Counted from the stretch's first letter, positions 25,501 through 40,176 are shown. The stretch: 64,000 nt of DNA from Chrysomallon squamiferum (GCA_012295275.1 CM022666.1:14694001-14758000); one strand, 5' to 3'. The notes: generated from the letters alone by a model not told the origin. Program-made: numbers and translations.

Positions 25501-26650
25501 ATACAAAACCACACTTTACAGAGATGTTTGTTGTTGTTCTTTTGTGTTTGTGTTTTTTGTATACAGAACGAAATATATTGTTTAATTTATTATTTGTTTT
25601 TCTCTCTGTACCTCGTGAATATTTGAAGCAAGGAAAAAATACAAATGAAATAACACAGCAATAAAAGTTGTGAAAATCGTCTCATTTTATAATCACTTTT
25701 ATAATTTAATTATAAAACATTTCTTACAACATATGTTGCGTTAAAAAAAAAACAGTATAGAAAAACATTACACTAAATGTATTATATCAAAATATCAGAC
25801 GTATTTTTATTAAAATATCTTTTATATTTACATTTAGTTAAAATGCATGGAACAGTGTAGTCAGTATTTTCTTGAGAAATTAAATAAATAAATAGGCAAA
25901 AGTTTTATCCAGTTATCAGGAGTAATACGTATTTATTTTATTTCATATTATTATTATTGTTATTATTATTATTATTTTTTTTTTTCAACGTTTCTTCGCT
26001 GAATTACATTTTTATTACGTAACCTAATCTAAGAAACAGGCGAAGTTTAGACTTAGTTAAGTAAAGTTAAGTCGTTAGTTTTCCTATTTTTCGTCTTGAC
26101 TCTATTATTCTCACGTTATCAGTGAGTGTGTTAACAAACCCGAACACAATAAATTTATTTTTAAACGGAAATACGATCACAGCATAATATAAACAACATT
26201 CATTTTAAAACATCAGTATTATATGATGTAAATTATCTGTATGTACGAATATAACGCAAGCTATTTATCTTCTAAAGGACTTATGCGTTATGCATTTTCT
26301 ATGTCACTAAAACCTGTTCACCAGGTGCTTAGAAGTTGACATATTTGACAATAGGTAAGACATGAAAACCAGTTTGTATAGGTAATTACTATGTACGTTG
26401 TTATAAACAGTACGTGCAAATAATCTGGTCTCATATTATTTGCAATAAATGTAAGTAATATATGAACAAAGAAAGAAAAAAGTAATGCTTAACGAATTGG
26501 ATATATATTGAAATACCGTATCACTTATAAAGAGATGTAAATGTGGTTAATATATATGTGATTAATTATTTTAAAATAGTTATATCACAAAATAATGAAT
26601 CTGATATATATATATATTAAAATAATTAATTACTTAGGGCTATAAGAATA

Positions 26651-26739
<89 letters not shown>

Positions 26740-27205
26740 TAACATATAGCTTACAGAGATTTAGATTTAATTAAAGAAATAGGGAAAACTGTATCCAGTT
26801 ATCAAGAGCAATACATATTTATATATTTATCTTTTTTTACTTATTACTATTTTTTTCATGTTTTCAAAGTTGAAAATCATAACATTTTGGTTTTCTTCGG
26901 TGAATTAATTTGTTTCATACTTAAATTTATCGGCAGATGGAATATACGACTTCAAAATAATACAGACACTGCTCATTTTAAAACTGACTGTTATGTGATA
27001 TTTATCTTCTATGGGATTAACGAGTGATATATTGTCTTAAACAGTATCTGTTCAAACAATAACGTTTATTATCTGTTATCAATAGGATTGAGTAACTTTA
27101 TAGCAAAAACAGAATAATGGTTAGACAGTTCCAGGCAATATGTACAAAATAATTGATATTTTCATGGATTATGCATAATTTATTATTATACATATTGTCT
27201 GTCGC

Positions 27206-27277
<72 letters not shown>

Positions 27278-27430
27278 CCTCACACATTCATATAGAGTCA
27301 CAGCAAATAAAGTAAGTAGAAACATGAATAAACATTTACTTGTATGTATATGTACGTATGTGTGTGTGTCTATACATACATACACATATATACATACACA
27401 TATGTTCATACACATACGCAGACACAGACA

Positions 27431-27497
<67 letters not shown>

Positions 27498-28260
27498 TTT
27501 TTTTTTTTTTTTTATTTATTTTATTTTATTTAATTTAAGAAACAGCCGAGATTTAAGTTACAATTACACAAAGTTAAGATTTATTTTGTTTTAGTTACTT
27601 TTGTAAGTTTATTTTTCTCCTTAAGCTTAATCAAGTGCATTCGTCGTGACTATATCACTCTGACCGCATCTGCGAATCTGTTCACAGTGCAAACACAATA
27701 TATTTATCTGCAGATGGAATTACGACAAAAATATAATGAAGACACTATTCAGTTTAAAACTGATTGTCATATGATACAAACTATCTATACAGAAGCCTGT
27801 AATACAAGCTACTGATCGTCTACATGATTTACGCGTTGTACATATTCTGTTTAACGTTTAACAAATGATAAACGTTTCTGGATTTGTTTCATTGAAATCA
27901 GTTGAATGGGTGTTTTGAATTTGACATATCTGATAACAGGTAAGACACAAAAACAAGTTTATTCAGGTAGTTGTTCTGTACGTTTGTTATAAACAGTATG
28001 TGCAAACAATCACATCTGAGGTGTTGAGTTCTGTCATAATTTATTATTGTTAACTACAACAAATTGAGTAATATATGAAAGAAAAATTAACGTTTAACGA
28101 ATGTGATATATATTAAAATACCATATCACATTGGGAGAAATATAAATGTTGTTAATATGAATCTGATTATCTTAAAATACAGTTATATCAAGAATAATGG
28201 ATCTATTTTATATATATATTGTAAAGCCAAATTCAAGATGTAGAATAGAAAAATTTAGGG
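24480..28260. repeat. Old, diverged tandem duplication of non-coding DNA (3 copies plus a partial one, ~1.5 kb period)
   Basis: Shared blocks such as 'aagacatgaaaaccagtttg' at ~24881, ~26357 and ~27942, 'ttaacgaat..gat.tatatt.aaatac' at ~25045, ~26489 and ~28094, and 'ttatct.(c/t)a.atggaat' at ~24662, ~26927 and ~27703. Confidence 0.8.
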
Positions 28261-28278
28261 TGGATATAGACCAGTCAG

Positions 28279-28345
<67 letters not shown>

Positions 28346-28424
28346 GGATCTATTTCTCTGTTTAGATAGAGAGATACAGCGAATTAGATTAAAAAACAAA
28401 GAAAACAAAAGAGAAAGTTTTGGG

Positions 28425-28519
<95 letters not shown>

Positions 28520-29399
28520 AAAATGTTCTTTTAGATCTCTTTTCATCCTTTTTAAAAAACTGATTTTATGTTTATTCACGTTTAATCGATGTATGACTAT
28601 ATTTATATTAACGTGAACTAAATTCATTTGGAGATATCATCGTCATGGTTACATCATAAACAAATGTTCGTTTAACCCACGCGTGTTAAACTAGAGAACA
28701 AAACAATCAAGACTTCAGTGACTGTCTAATAATCAGATGAGAAGAGAAATCAGCAAATTAACTTCTTTAATTTAATTAATTGTTTATTTCTTTACAATTT
28801 TATCACTTTGCTTACTAACTTACTTAGATATTAACTTAGTTACTGACTTACTTATTTACTATTATTTCTATATTTCATTTCTATTATTGCACATTTTTAT
28901 TTATTTATATATTTGTTTTATTATTTCTTTTATTTATTTCTTTTTTATTTAGTTGTGTTTTAGAACACATTTTGGTGGTACAATAAAAGTTCACACACAA
29001 AAATTGAAAAGGAACATTTTTTAATATTAATATTTATCCATTGAAATTGTATGTAAAGTACAGAATAAATAAATAAATAAATTAATTAAATTAAATTAAA
29101 TTAAATTAAATTAAATTAAATTACATTAAATTAAATTAAATTAAATTAAATAAATAAGTAAGATATACGAAAAGGGATTAAATTAAATTAAAAATTAAAA
29201 ATTAAAAAAAGATTAAAAAAATAACAGAAGAGGTAAACGATAAAATTACCTCTCCTATTCTTCATTAAAATATAACAAAGAAAAGAGAACATTATTCATG
29301 GAAAAGAAGAGGAAAATACATACACCGAGACACATAAAAAGATGTTAAAATTATCTTCAAACGTCAATAGAAGTTTACACTGATCTGTCTTAACACGCT

Positions 29400-29512
29400 A
29401 CATACGACCTTGTTTAAGAGAAAAAGGTCACGAGGCGTAGTAATATTACCGCAGTGGTTAATACAAACCATATAAGGAGATTTGAGGTATCTGCAGTGTG
29501 GGACTATTTCTA
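29400..29512 (+). promoter_or_regulatory. Putative core promoter of TRIM paralog B
   Basis: Homologous to 2685-2800, with CATATAA at 29469-29475. It is followed by a likely non-coding exon ending at donor AG|GTAAGG (29609/29610) and an acceptor TTTTGCAG at ~30314, just before the ATG. Confidence 0.55.
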
Positions 29513-30351
29513 AACGGCGAAGGAAACTCAACTGGATCGAGTCTGAGTTGAAGCTTAAAAGATAATAACTGTGAACTTTGTTTTAAAACAACAGTGTATT
29601 TTCACTTAGGTAAGGTCACGTTCTTATTCCTATGTTATTATCACCACTGCTACCAGTACTAGTAATAATATATTAAGTGTTGTTATTTGTATTATCGTTA
29701 TTACTATGTTGTTATTTTTGTTGCGTTACATTAACGAAGTTTAGTAGAGTTACGCTGATTTCTATTATATTGTGTTTACTGATGTAAGAAAACAAAATCC
29801 CTATCGTCACTGTAAAGTCTACTGTTAACTGTGAGCAGTAAGATACATTTTATATACGTCTTTCTATAAACATGAAAGGAAAGTTTATACAGCGGCGGTA
29901 GAAAAAAAATTGTATTATCGTTTCGGTAATGAGAGGCGATCGCGCAACCTGTCAATTCTCAAAGTTTTTCTCCGATCTGAGATTCAAATCGTTCCGAATC
30001 TGTTTCTATCGATGTCGAAATGGTGTTAATCCTTTTCATAAATGTTGTTGCCGTTGTCACCATTATTTTGATGTAGTTTCTACGACATCGGGAAATAGTC
30101 TTGTTTCTTACTGCACACGCGTTAGAAATTTGGTAACTGTCGAAAAAATTGTTTTGATTCATCACGACTTGATAATAGTGGTAATTGGTGGATCAGAAAC
30201 AAATTAAATCAAAATATATTAATTTGATTTTACGAACCAGGTAAACAGAAAAAATAATTATTCACTTTATCAGTTTAGACTCCAAATACGTAAAAGCTGC
30301 TTTCAATTTTGCAGTGGGATCACCTCATTAACAAAGAGACGCTGTTGAACG

Positions 30352-33006
30352 ATGGCTGAAAAAGCGGTTGTACCACTTACAGAGTTAAAAGAAGAGTTTG
30401 CTACTTGTAATATATGCGAGGAATCGTTTGATGAGGAAGATAAATGTCCACGTTTACTGCCGTGTTATCACACTTTCTGTACTACTTGTCTTTATTGCAT
30501 CTGGAGCAATTCAGAACATGGATTCACATGTCCTAATTGTAGAGAAACGTGGCCTGTTAACAACTCCGTACAAGAATCGTTTCAACGAAATATAATTTTA
30601 TGTAATTTAGTTGAGTATCTGAAAATGAAGAACAAACCTGAACAGTTATTGTGTCAACTCTGTGAAAAACGTTCTAAAGCAACACACTGGTGCCAGGATT
30701 GTGACAAGTACATTTGTGATGAATGCTTAGTAAGTCACAAGAAAATTCCAGTCATAAAACAGCATAAAACGATTCCTTTAACAGAAATGTGTCAGATGAC
30801 TGCAGATGAATATTTTCTTCAGCGAAAACAGATGTGTAAAGATCATGACAATATGAAACTTGATCTGTTTTGTAAACAGTGTTGGTCAGCTCTCTGTTCT
30901 TCATGTGTTCATGTTTATCACAGAGATCACGACATCTGTAACCTGAGAGACATTCACGAAGAGAAGAAATATTACATCACAACAGAATTAAACAAGTTAC
31001 AAGCCTCAAAAGAGGTTTCAGAACAACACAGCATAAAACTGAAGCAAGAAAACACAACACTGGATACACACGAAGCACAACTCTTGAAAACAATTGATGA
31101 TTCGTACGACACAATCATAGCAAAATTATCAGAGAGAAAGGAACAGATGAAACAAGATGTTGTTTCCAATATAGCCAAACAGAAAGCTGTGCGAGATAAA
31201 CAGATAAAAGTGATTGCCGAGTCACAAAGTGAAAAGAACGATCATGTTCTGTACTGTCAACAGGCGATGCAGTTTGCAAGAGGTGGAGAGTTTCTACAGA
31301 TGTGTGAATCTCTAGAACAAAGGATTCAGTCTCTAAGTCAAAGTCTACAGCTGGTTGATGTTCCCATGCAGGAAATCACCTTGGACGACACGTTTGAGCA
31401 AGTCAACGAAGTTTTGGAGGAAAATGTTACATTGTATGATGGCGTAATTTTCAAAGAGGAAGACACAGGTATGAAATGTACTAATGGTGGTGGGGGGGAT
31501 CATTATGATGATGATGATGATTAAATTAAAGAAAAAGAGGTAATTGTAGTATTAATCATAATAGTAATTGTAAATCAAAAAAGGAAAGTCTCATGGAACA
31601 GAGTTAATGTTTATAGGGTTTTTTTTAGATAAAAATAACTTCTGAAGATTCTGTTTTTAGAAACATTACTATCGTTAGTGAAATTTAAAACATGAAAGTT
31701 ATTTTTTGAAGTTTCCCCAAAACGTAGCATACGCTTAAAGCATAATATTGCATATAACTTTTGTGAAAAATGTTTCAGCAAGGACGTTAAATAATTTATT
31801 AGAAGACGTTCGCTGAAAATATTCCAGTCTATTTATTCAGTATGTTTGTTACTTACTAAACTCTTAAACTGTCCTACAGACATTAGAGCTGAAAACAAAT
31901 ATTTCTATTGGACGTATATATATATTTATTTGTTTTGTTTCTTTGTTGTTGTTGTTGTTAGTAAATATTGCCTATATGTCAGATGTAATGAGCGCATCTC
32001 CAATATAAAAGTGGTCGACTCAAGCGGCACTATTAAAGTAACGAATCGAAATACAGATGTTGTGTGATCATTAACCGTTGCAATATTTCAATATATACAA
32101 TAAGCTCGGTATGAAGTGAGAAAAGTAACGAGCAAGTAAACCAGACAAGTAACATATCAGTTACTCTTATGGCAAGAGGTATAAAGAGAATCTATAATAG
32201 AATTTATTCTTTAATAAAAATGTTCTTATCCATCATCTGAAAAACATCAATATAGCGTTGCAGATTATACTAAGGTTTTGTACATTTTTGGTTTTAATAC
32301 AGTAGCAGATGAAATAATAATACTAATCATAAATAATAGTTTGGCTTTTATTTCAAACAATAATGTTTCATTAATATTAATTCGATGTTGGTGGACATTT
32401 CGAAGTTTGTCATCGCATAGACTCTATTTTGTGTATCAAACAATTTCGAGGTACATTCATGGTTTAACATTGATTAGAACGTTAATTTGAAAATATACAG
32501 CAACTGAATAATGAAAAGGTAAGTTATTATTACGGTTACTACGGTAGATTTTATTTCTACGTCAGCTGACCTACTTATAACATCGAGTCGCGTGTCTTGT
32601 CTGGTTCGAGCACATTTTGAGAAGCGAACATCGAGGCGGTATTTTTCATTGTTAACAGGTTCACAAATTTTTACTGAATCTATAGATTTTGTATAGATAA
32701 GTAGATAACGTGTTTTCAGTTTAATTATGTAGTTAGTATTTAATAGCTCTGTGATTCAGTAATTTTCAGCACTACTACTTCAGATTTTAGACTATTACTG
32801 CTATTACAGTATTGCTACTACTTCTTTTGTTGTTGTTGTTGCTATTCTTATTCTTATTCTTATTATTACAGAATTGCGTAAAACAAAAAAATTACTGTGT
32901 TTAAAACCTAAACCTGTCAGTCACAGAGGAATCTACAGCGAAATTTCATGTAAGTTACAATTTTTATTTATTTACTTCTAAATATAATAATGATAATAAT
33001 ATATCT

Positions 33007-33039
<33 letters not shown>

Positions 33040-33913
33040 CCTTTTAAACACACAAAAAATGTTCAGTTGTATATATTGAAGGGAAACAACAACAAATTTT
33101 AAATGCAGAAATAAATTATTTTAGTAAAACAATTAGTTCTTTACTTTTTTTAAGTGCAAAAACTTAAGTTTTAAAATTATATTTGACTGTTAACAATTAT
33201 TTAAATTGACAGAGTACTTTGTAAAAGTTAAATATTTAACACCATATTTTATTTTCACAGTGACAACGATGGAGTTTTCAGGAGAAACACTAAATTGGGA
33301 GAGATGTTGTATTAATGAATATAAGGAATTAGTTAACAAAAGATCGGTAGAAGAAAACGAAAATGAAGACAGGATGAAAGTTCTGATTGGAGTAACAGGT
33401 GACAAATATTTCAGAGAAAACAAATGTTATTTATGGCAAACTGATGTCATCTGTCACATTTTAGAAAGTGCAAAACTGGATTACGTAGCAGCCCAGATTG
33501 GAATCTGTGAGGAGGGTCACTGCGATGAGGAAAGTTTAATATCTAGAAATAAACATGCTTGGTGTGTTAATTTTTGTAGCTGTGCATTGCACAATGCATT
33601 GTGTTTAGGTGTTTATTCCTGCAGTGAATGCAAGTGTCACAGTCAAATGTGTGACTTTGAAACAAACACACTAGTCCACACATCACTTACACTAGTACTA
33701 GACACAGAAAGTAAAACACTGCACTTAATAAACACAGACACTAACACACTTGTACACACACTGACTGATGTTGACGTGTCACAACCGTTGATACCTGTTT
33801 TTGGTGTTTACAGTCGTCCTAGTTTTGATGTGAAAGTGAAAATTTTACCTGTAACTGATTTATCAAAAAATTCCACTTTGCTCAAACTGATCTCTTCTTT
33901 AATCTGCCCGTAA
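30352..33913 (+). CDS. TRIM E3 ubiquitin ligase (RING-BB1-BB2-coiled coil, Cys-rich B30.2/SPRY-like C-terminus), ~615 aa
   Basis: Exons 30352-31468, 32872-32949 and 33261-33913 join in frame through phase-1 GT-AG introns (1848 nt). RING CNIC..PCYHTFCTTC..CPNC, two B-boxes and a helical coiled coil are present. The last exon has a SPRY-like pattern 'GVTGDKYF..YLWQT..IGIC..AWCV..LVLDTESKTLHLI..PLIPVFGV'. Confidence 0.88.
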
Positions 33914-34903
33914 ATTATTGAACGAAATAGTAATTACTTTAAAAGCAAACAAAAAAGTAAAACTATAAAGTAAATAACTGTTTGTTGTTGTTTATCACTG
34001 TACTGTACTTGAATAAACTAAATATAAATATTCTCAGTGACAAACACAGGCTATCATTTTAATGCACCAATACAAAAACACACACCAACACAGACACAGA
34101 CACGGTATGCAAACACACACATAAACATATACTCGCTCATACACACACACAGATACAGATACTCACATACACACATATGAACTAGTAGATTTATCTATCT
34201 AAATTATTTGTGAACGTTATTAATTTTAAATTTTCCGTTTAATATCTCATTAGAAGTAATCCTCAGTCTACAGTGTCTCTCTACACCTCCACTCCATGTT
34301 GAGTATCTAGTCTACTGTGATTGCATTTAAATAAAGAGTGAAAGGAGACTAGAATTTACATAGTTGTTATTAGAATGAATTTGAGTTACTGGTGAATCTC
34401 ATATTTCATGTTATTGTAATGAGTTTATTATATTATTAATCATAATAATATTACTATTGTAGAAATTTATGTAAATATCGATAAATGTTGAAAAGATTTT
34501 TCAGGTTTTGTTTATTTAATGGATGCTAATTTTGTGTTAAAATTGATGAATGCTTAAAAAATAATAATAATAAATGTGATATTCTAAAACAGATTTTTTG
34601 TTTTTAATGCTAAATATGTAAAATGTTAATATGGATAATCATTCCTTCTTTGTTCCCTTCATTAGTTTTATATTTATTATTGTTATATATTTTTTATTTT
34701 TTTATTTCTTCTGTTTTAGATTCTTCTCTCTTTCCTGTATTCTGTCATTCAGCTGTTTTTATTGTTTCTTTACATTTGCTTTTCTATTTGCTTTTCTTTT
34801 CGTTTGTTGATTTCGTAGTTTTGTTTTGTTTTATGTACAAAAAGGTGACTTCAAAGCTGATTTGAATTGCAGTTAAATTATGAATGTTTATCCAAAATGA
34901 TAT

Positions 34904-34969
<66 letters not shown>

Positions 34970-35672
34970 TCTGAGGCTGATTGTGATAATGACGATAATG
35001 ACTGTTGTCATCAATAATTTACAATCAAAAAGAAACAGTTTCATATGACATTGTCAGGTAGTCGAGAAGATTTTAGGAACAACAAAAAAATAATTCACAA
35101 TTGATAGAAATAAGAAAAGAACATAGAAACAAAAAATCAGTTATTGAATCAAACGAATAAACGATGAAAGGAACTTAAAAAAAGAACAAAAAGCAGCTGT
35201 CTTCTAGAGTTTTATTTATTTAGTTAGTTAGTTAGTTAGTTACTTAGTTCCATAGTTCATTTCATTTCATCTTTTGTTATTATTTATTGTCTTTCATTTT
35301 ATGTTTTCATGTATTTATTTATTTAATACTTACCTGTTTTAACTGTTATTATCCAACTTTGTTTTTTAACATTCATACATACAAACATACATAACCAGTA
35401 GAAGAAAATTAAAAATATGAATGTTTCAGATTTTGCCACACAATGTATCTTTCGCAATGATTGCAGATAATTGAAAACTCAGTTATTTTTCAACATCTGA
35501 ACCAATGTAATAAAAGCTTAGAGAAACACGAGAAAGAAGTAACAACTTTTGTTTTATATAATTTTCTCAGGAGCAAACATGGTAACTACTAGTCTGTATG
35601 CATTGTTCCTTGGGCAGTGGCTAGCGTCAGTCAAATGATTTATATTTTTATTGCCTGAGTATATCAACCATG

Positions 35673-38600
35673 ACTGTCTGGTAGTTATTCACAGCAGCAT
35701 GTAACGTTTTTGTAGTCGGTGGTGGATTAGGGGCATGGTTGATGAACTTTAATTACTGAATTATGAGAGAATTTAATACATAAATTTACTCAACTTTCGA
35801 AGGGTTGTGAAATCGTTGTTGGACCATCATCTTTTGATGAAGAGTCGACAAATAATGTGAAGAAATCTAAATTTATTTCTTCTAAAACCTGGCCGAGGTT
35901 TCTCATCATTTGGTCTGCTGATGTCGAAGCCTTGAAAAAAGTATCACCGTTTGTGATACAAAAGTGGCTGCAAGGCTTGGGCAGTAAGCCTAAAAATGTT
36001 TTTTTTTTAAAACTTAAACATGGTCCATTGTTAGTAAAATGCTCAGCAGAGAGTCATTCCAAAAAGTTACTTAAATGAAGAATTTTTGAATACATATAAC
36101 AGTGAGTCTAAATAGCCTAATACCTATTAAAATGTGTGGAGTACCTATTAGAGTCAGTCCACACACAACACTGACAACATCCAAAGGAGTGATTCCGTGT
36201 AGGGATCTGAAAGATGTTAGTGAGGAAGATTCAACGTGTCGTATCTGTCAAACAGTACCTTTATTCTGACATTTAATGTGTCCACTCTTCCAGATTCAGT
36301 GAAAGCAGGATATTTACGTATTTCTGTTGTACCGTATTCCAAACCGTCACAAACGTGGACATTAACAGACAGCATGTCGTGACAGACAGACACGTGCTCC
36401 ATGAGGTCAGTTTGACCATAAAAGCAAGACATGTCAAAACTATATGGCATGTACCAATTATGGAGAGAAACACTTTGCGAACTCGCGAGGGTGCCAAAAG
36501 TAGAAATTAGGGAAAACGGTACAGCGTATCAAAGTAGAAAGGAAACTGTCATTCACTGAGGCTAAAAATGTGGTAGAGTTTTCTTCAGCAGTAGTAACAC
36601 GTCCCAGCAGCGTCTGTCTGGAAGAGAGACCAAGAAACAGAGTAAGGATTTTTCTTCAGAAAGATTAAAGAAAGCTGAAAAACAACCTGTTATGACCGAT
36701 GATCTTTAGACAACTGGCTGATATGTATGTTCTAACGGATGTATTAGAAAATCGTCCACAGCCTCGATAATCGTCGAAGCAAACGTTGAATCCCATAGTA
36801 CCTCCTGATAACTAATTCAGTTACTGAGTGGAACTGTCGTGGGCTTAGGCCGATTTTGATGAATTGAGCCTTTCTGTTGTTAAACATAATCCCCTTGCAG
36901 TCTGCCTTCAGGAAACTTTTCTTAAAGACACTGATCCTTTTCCTGCTAGAGGGTCTAACCCAGTGTTTCTCAACCTTTTTTTACTCTCGACATACCTACG
37001 AGCGCATGAAACTGTCGCGACACAGTAATAATTTTAAATATTATATGATGAAATCGTAAAATAAATTAAAATATATATATATGGACTTGTCTGATACAGT
37101 TTATTATGTTAGTATCCCAGAATTGCCACTTACCTAGTGTGAAACTTGTGCCTGGTGTTGTCTTATGACTTCTTGAATATTTGGTCGTATGTGCGATAAG
37201 CAAACTCTCATTTCTTCTTCAGTGGAACGTAATCTTTCTCTCTTCTTATTTTTTATATTATTTAAGGTTGAAAAGCCCAATTCACACAAATAAGAAGTAG
37301 AGAATTGTAAAAGAACTAACAGGGCTTTTTCAGCTAATGCGGGAAATTCCTTTTGTATTGAAATCCAAAATGTGTCGATATCTACCTCAGAATGCTTCAT
37401 TTTAAGACTGCGGTCACTTGAAATGGTAGCCAATTCTTCTTCTTCGCATAATTTAAGCACAATATTAGAAGGAACATCTACAAAAGGATTACGAACCCAG
37501 TCGTACTTTTCAGTGTTCAGCGACGGAAAGTAGTGGTCGATGTTTTCTTCGAGCGCTGTCAGATGCTCAACCACGATAGGGATCATTTCTTTAGTGCAGT
37601 TAGTACGCATTGTAGGAAACAGATCAAACTCACCCAACTTTGCTCTGTTTTTCCAAATAACAATTTTCTTTTTAAGGGCAACCAACTTATCTGTCGAAGT
37701 TAGAATATTTTCGTTTCGACCTTGTATACTACTGTTCACAATATTAAGTTGACCAAATATTTCCGTTAAATATTTGCAAAGTCTGTTCTAACTAGCATAA
37801 TTTCTTAACTAAATACACCTAGTTAGCTACATCTCTTTACTAATAAGTGTTTAAGAATGACAATAATTAAAAACACAGCGAAGTTAATTCGGCAATCGGC
37901 ATTACGCACGCGCACAGACGACCAGTGTGGAACAACACCACACACACAACCTATCACACTGACGTCTCATGGGCAACTGATCGACCTTGAGCGAAAGGTG
38001 CAAAGATTGGTGGCCGCCACTAAAAGGAAGTTCCTTCCTCCAAGGCATATTAGTAGAACATGACACCGAGATTTATGCACACTGTCCGTGTTTTCAGGTG
38101 TTCGTCACAAAGTTTCGCGACACACCTGAGGGAGCCTCGCGACACGGCGGTTGAGAATCACTGGTCTAACCTATGACAAATTCGAGGAACCTGAAAACAG
38201 TTCATAAAACCGTAACTTTATGTTCAGTTTATCGGAATCATTTCAGTTTTGACACTCAGGATCTGAAAGAGCTCAAAGACCAGGGCATATCTCCTTTTAT
38301 TCTGATGGGAGATTTGAGTGGTCATCATACATTGTGGGTGTGTGAAGAGGCTAATAATAGAGGACAGCAATTGTAAGACACAGCTCTCAAAAAGGACTTG
38401 ATTCCTTTTAACACTAAGTCACAAATATTTTCATTTTGGAAGCGATACCTTCATTCAGTAGATTTACCCCTTTGAAGTCGAACAGTTTGTATTGATTTCT
38501 GCTTCATCCTTGCGGTTGTGACTACTTTCCAATTTTCTTGGAGAATGACAGACTATCTTCTCTGGTAAAGGTTCATGGATGGAAACTGACGAAGGGAAAT

Positions 38601-38930
38601 TGGGATTTATTCCGACATCTTCACCAATATGCCATTACAGAAGCTGACAACATCAACCAGTGTATGAAATTGGTGTTCATTGCTCTTTATGCATCGACGA
38701 TTTTCAGATTTGCTATCGCTTGTCCAATACGATTATTGTCGAATACGAGTTGCAACTTTGTCTGAATAAACTTTAGCAATGACCATCTGAAAATGCAATA
38801 GCAATAAATTCTCAATAATTTAAACGTTACTGGCAATACTGAATAGGGAGCAGATAGAAAGGACATGTTCCGACTCTGTAGAATAAACCAGTTGTTAGCT
38901 GCAGATGCTTTCGAGTTCGGAAGTGTTCGT
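35673..38930 (+). mobile_element. Degenerate, internally deleted I/Nimb-type non-LTR retrotransposon (copy 1)
   Basis: ORF1 remnants 'WPRFLII..KKVSPFVIQK', 'VSPHTTLTTSKGVI' and 'FILTFNVSTLPDSVKAGYLRISVVPY'; APE remnants 'WNCRGLR', 'AVCLQETFLK' and 'PFILMGDLSGHHTLW'; RT remnant 'SLCIDDFQICYR'. Confidence 0.85.
36961..38163 (-). mobile_element. Internally deleted Buster/Charlie-type hAT DNA transposon (copy 1) nested in the LINE
   Basis: TIRs CAGTGTTTCTCAACC / GGTTGAGAATCACTG (14/15 match) and a perfect 8-bp TSD GTCTAACC (NNNTANNN). The minus-strand ORF 37134-37739 encodes the transposase C-terminus 'WVRNPF..FW..EFPALAEKAL..FSTSYLCELGFS..KNKKRERL..QAQVSH'. Confidence 0.95.
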
Positions 38931-39079
38931 TTTTGACCATCTGAGATGAAAATGCAATAGTTCAATAATAAGAATTCAATGAATGAACAAATTAATAACA
39001 GAGAGAAAAAATAAGATTGATTTCTTCTCCTGGAAACACATGAAAGGTTCCTGAAAATGCAATAGCAATAATTTATAGC

Positions 39080-39134
<55 letters not shown>

Positions 39135-40176
39135 GAATGAATAGATAGATAAATATTACTTTTACTTATTCCATAAATACAGTTAACATTGATTTTACCC
39201 TCTAATATCTTTGTAAAGAAAGTAGAAGACAGATAAATAGAAAGTAAATTAATCACAAGAATGTGATGTTGTATTATCTGTCTGTCATAACAGAGTTCTT
39301 GCAACATTTTTCTGCCTGTTATAAAGACATCTTGAACTATATAACAGCTATATCATTACGTCACGTGATGGTTCTCGTGTCACGTGAGGATTTTTATATT
39401 TTGTAGCGTAGGTATTATTGGTGTGACTCTTTGTATGTTAAATGATGCAGGATAATGTGTAATAAGTTTATAAAACATATTCGTTTAATAGTAAAATTAG
39501 TATTGACCTTTTGTATTGTTGTAGATCATCCTAATGTTTAATACACTTTTGGTTTTAATACTGTTCCTAATGAAAAACCAAAGATATAATCATAACAAAT
39601 ATATATATAAAACAAATAAATAAATAAATAAATAAATTAAAAAAAACAATAACCTGGCTTTTATTTTTTATTAGTCTTAATTTGATGTTGGTGGCATTTC
39701 GAACTTCGTCATCGAATAAGACTTTATTTTGTTTATAAAACAATTTGGAAGTACATGCATATTCATGGTTTAACATTGATTACAACGATAATTCGAAAAT
39801 ATACAGCAATTTAATAATAAAAGGTAAGTTATTATTATAGTTATTACGGTAGATTTAACTTTTACGTCAGTTGACCTACTTAAAATAATAAATGGCGTTT
39901 GTTGCAGCCAGGATTGAGAAACGAACATCGAGTCGCTGTTTTTTTATTACTGTTACCAGGTTTGTAAACTTTGACTGAATTTATGGATTTGCTATAGACA
40001 AGTAGATAACATGTTTTCAATTTAATTAGGTAGTTAGTATTTAATAGCTGTGTGAGTCAGTAATTTCTCGCACTGCTGTTTAAATTTGTTTGCTATTACT
40101 GCTGTTACCGTACTACTAGTAATGCCGCTTTTTGCTGTCGTTTTTGCTATTATTATTATTATTATTATTATTGCAG

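Noticed and set aside
29929-30207. ORFs 29929-30207 (+) and 29959-30165 (-)
   Set aside because: They lie in the presumed 5' UTR intron of TRIM-B and show no recognisable protein features.
32501-32524. Possible 18-nt micro-exon (CAG|...AAAG|GTAAGT) in TRIM-B intron 1, donor conserved in the tandem units
   Set aside because: In the required phase it contains TAA TGA stops, and the gene model is in frame without it.
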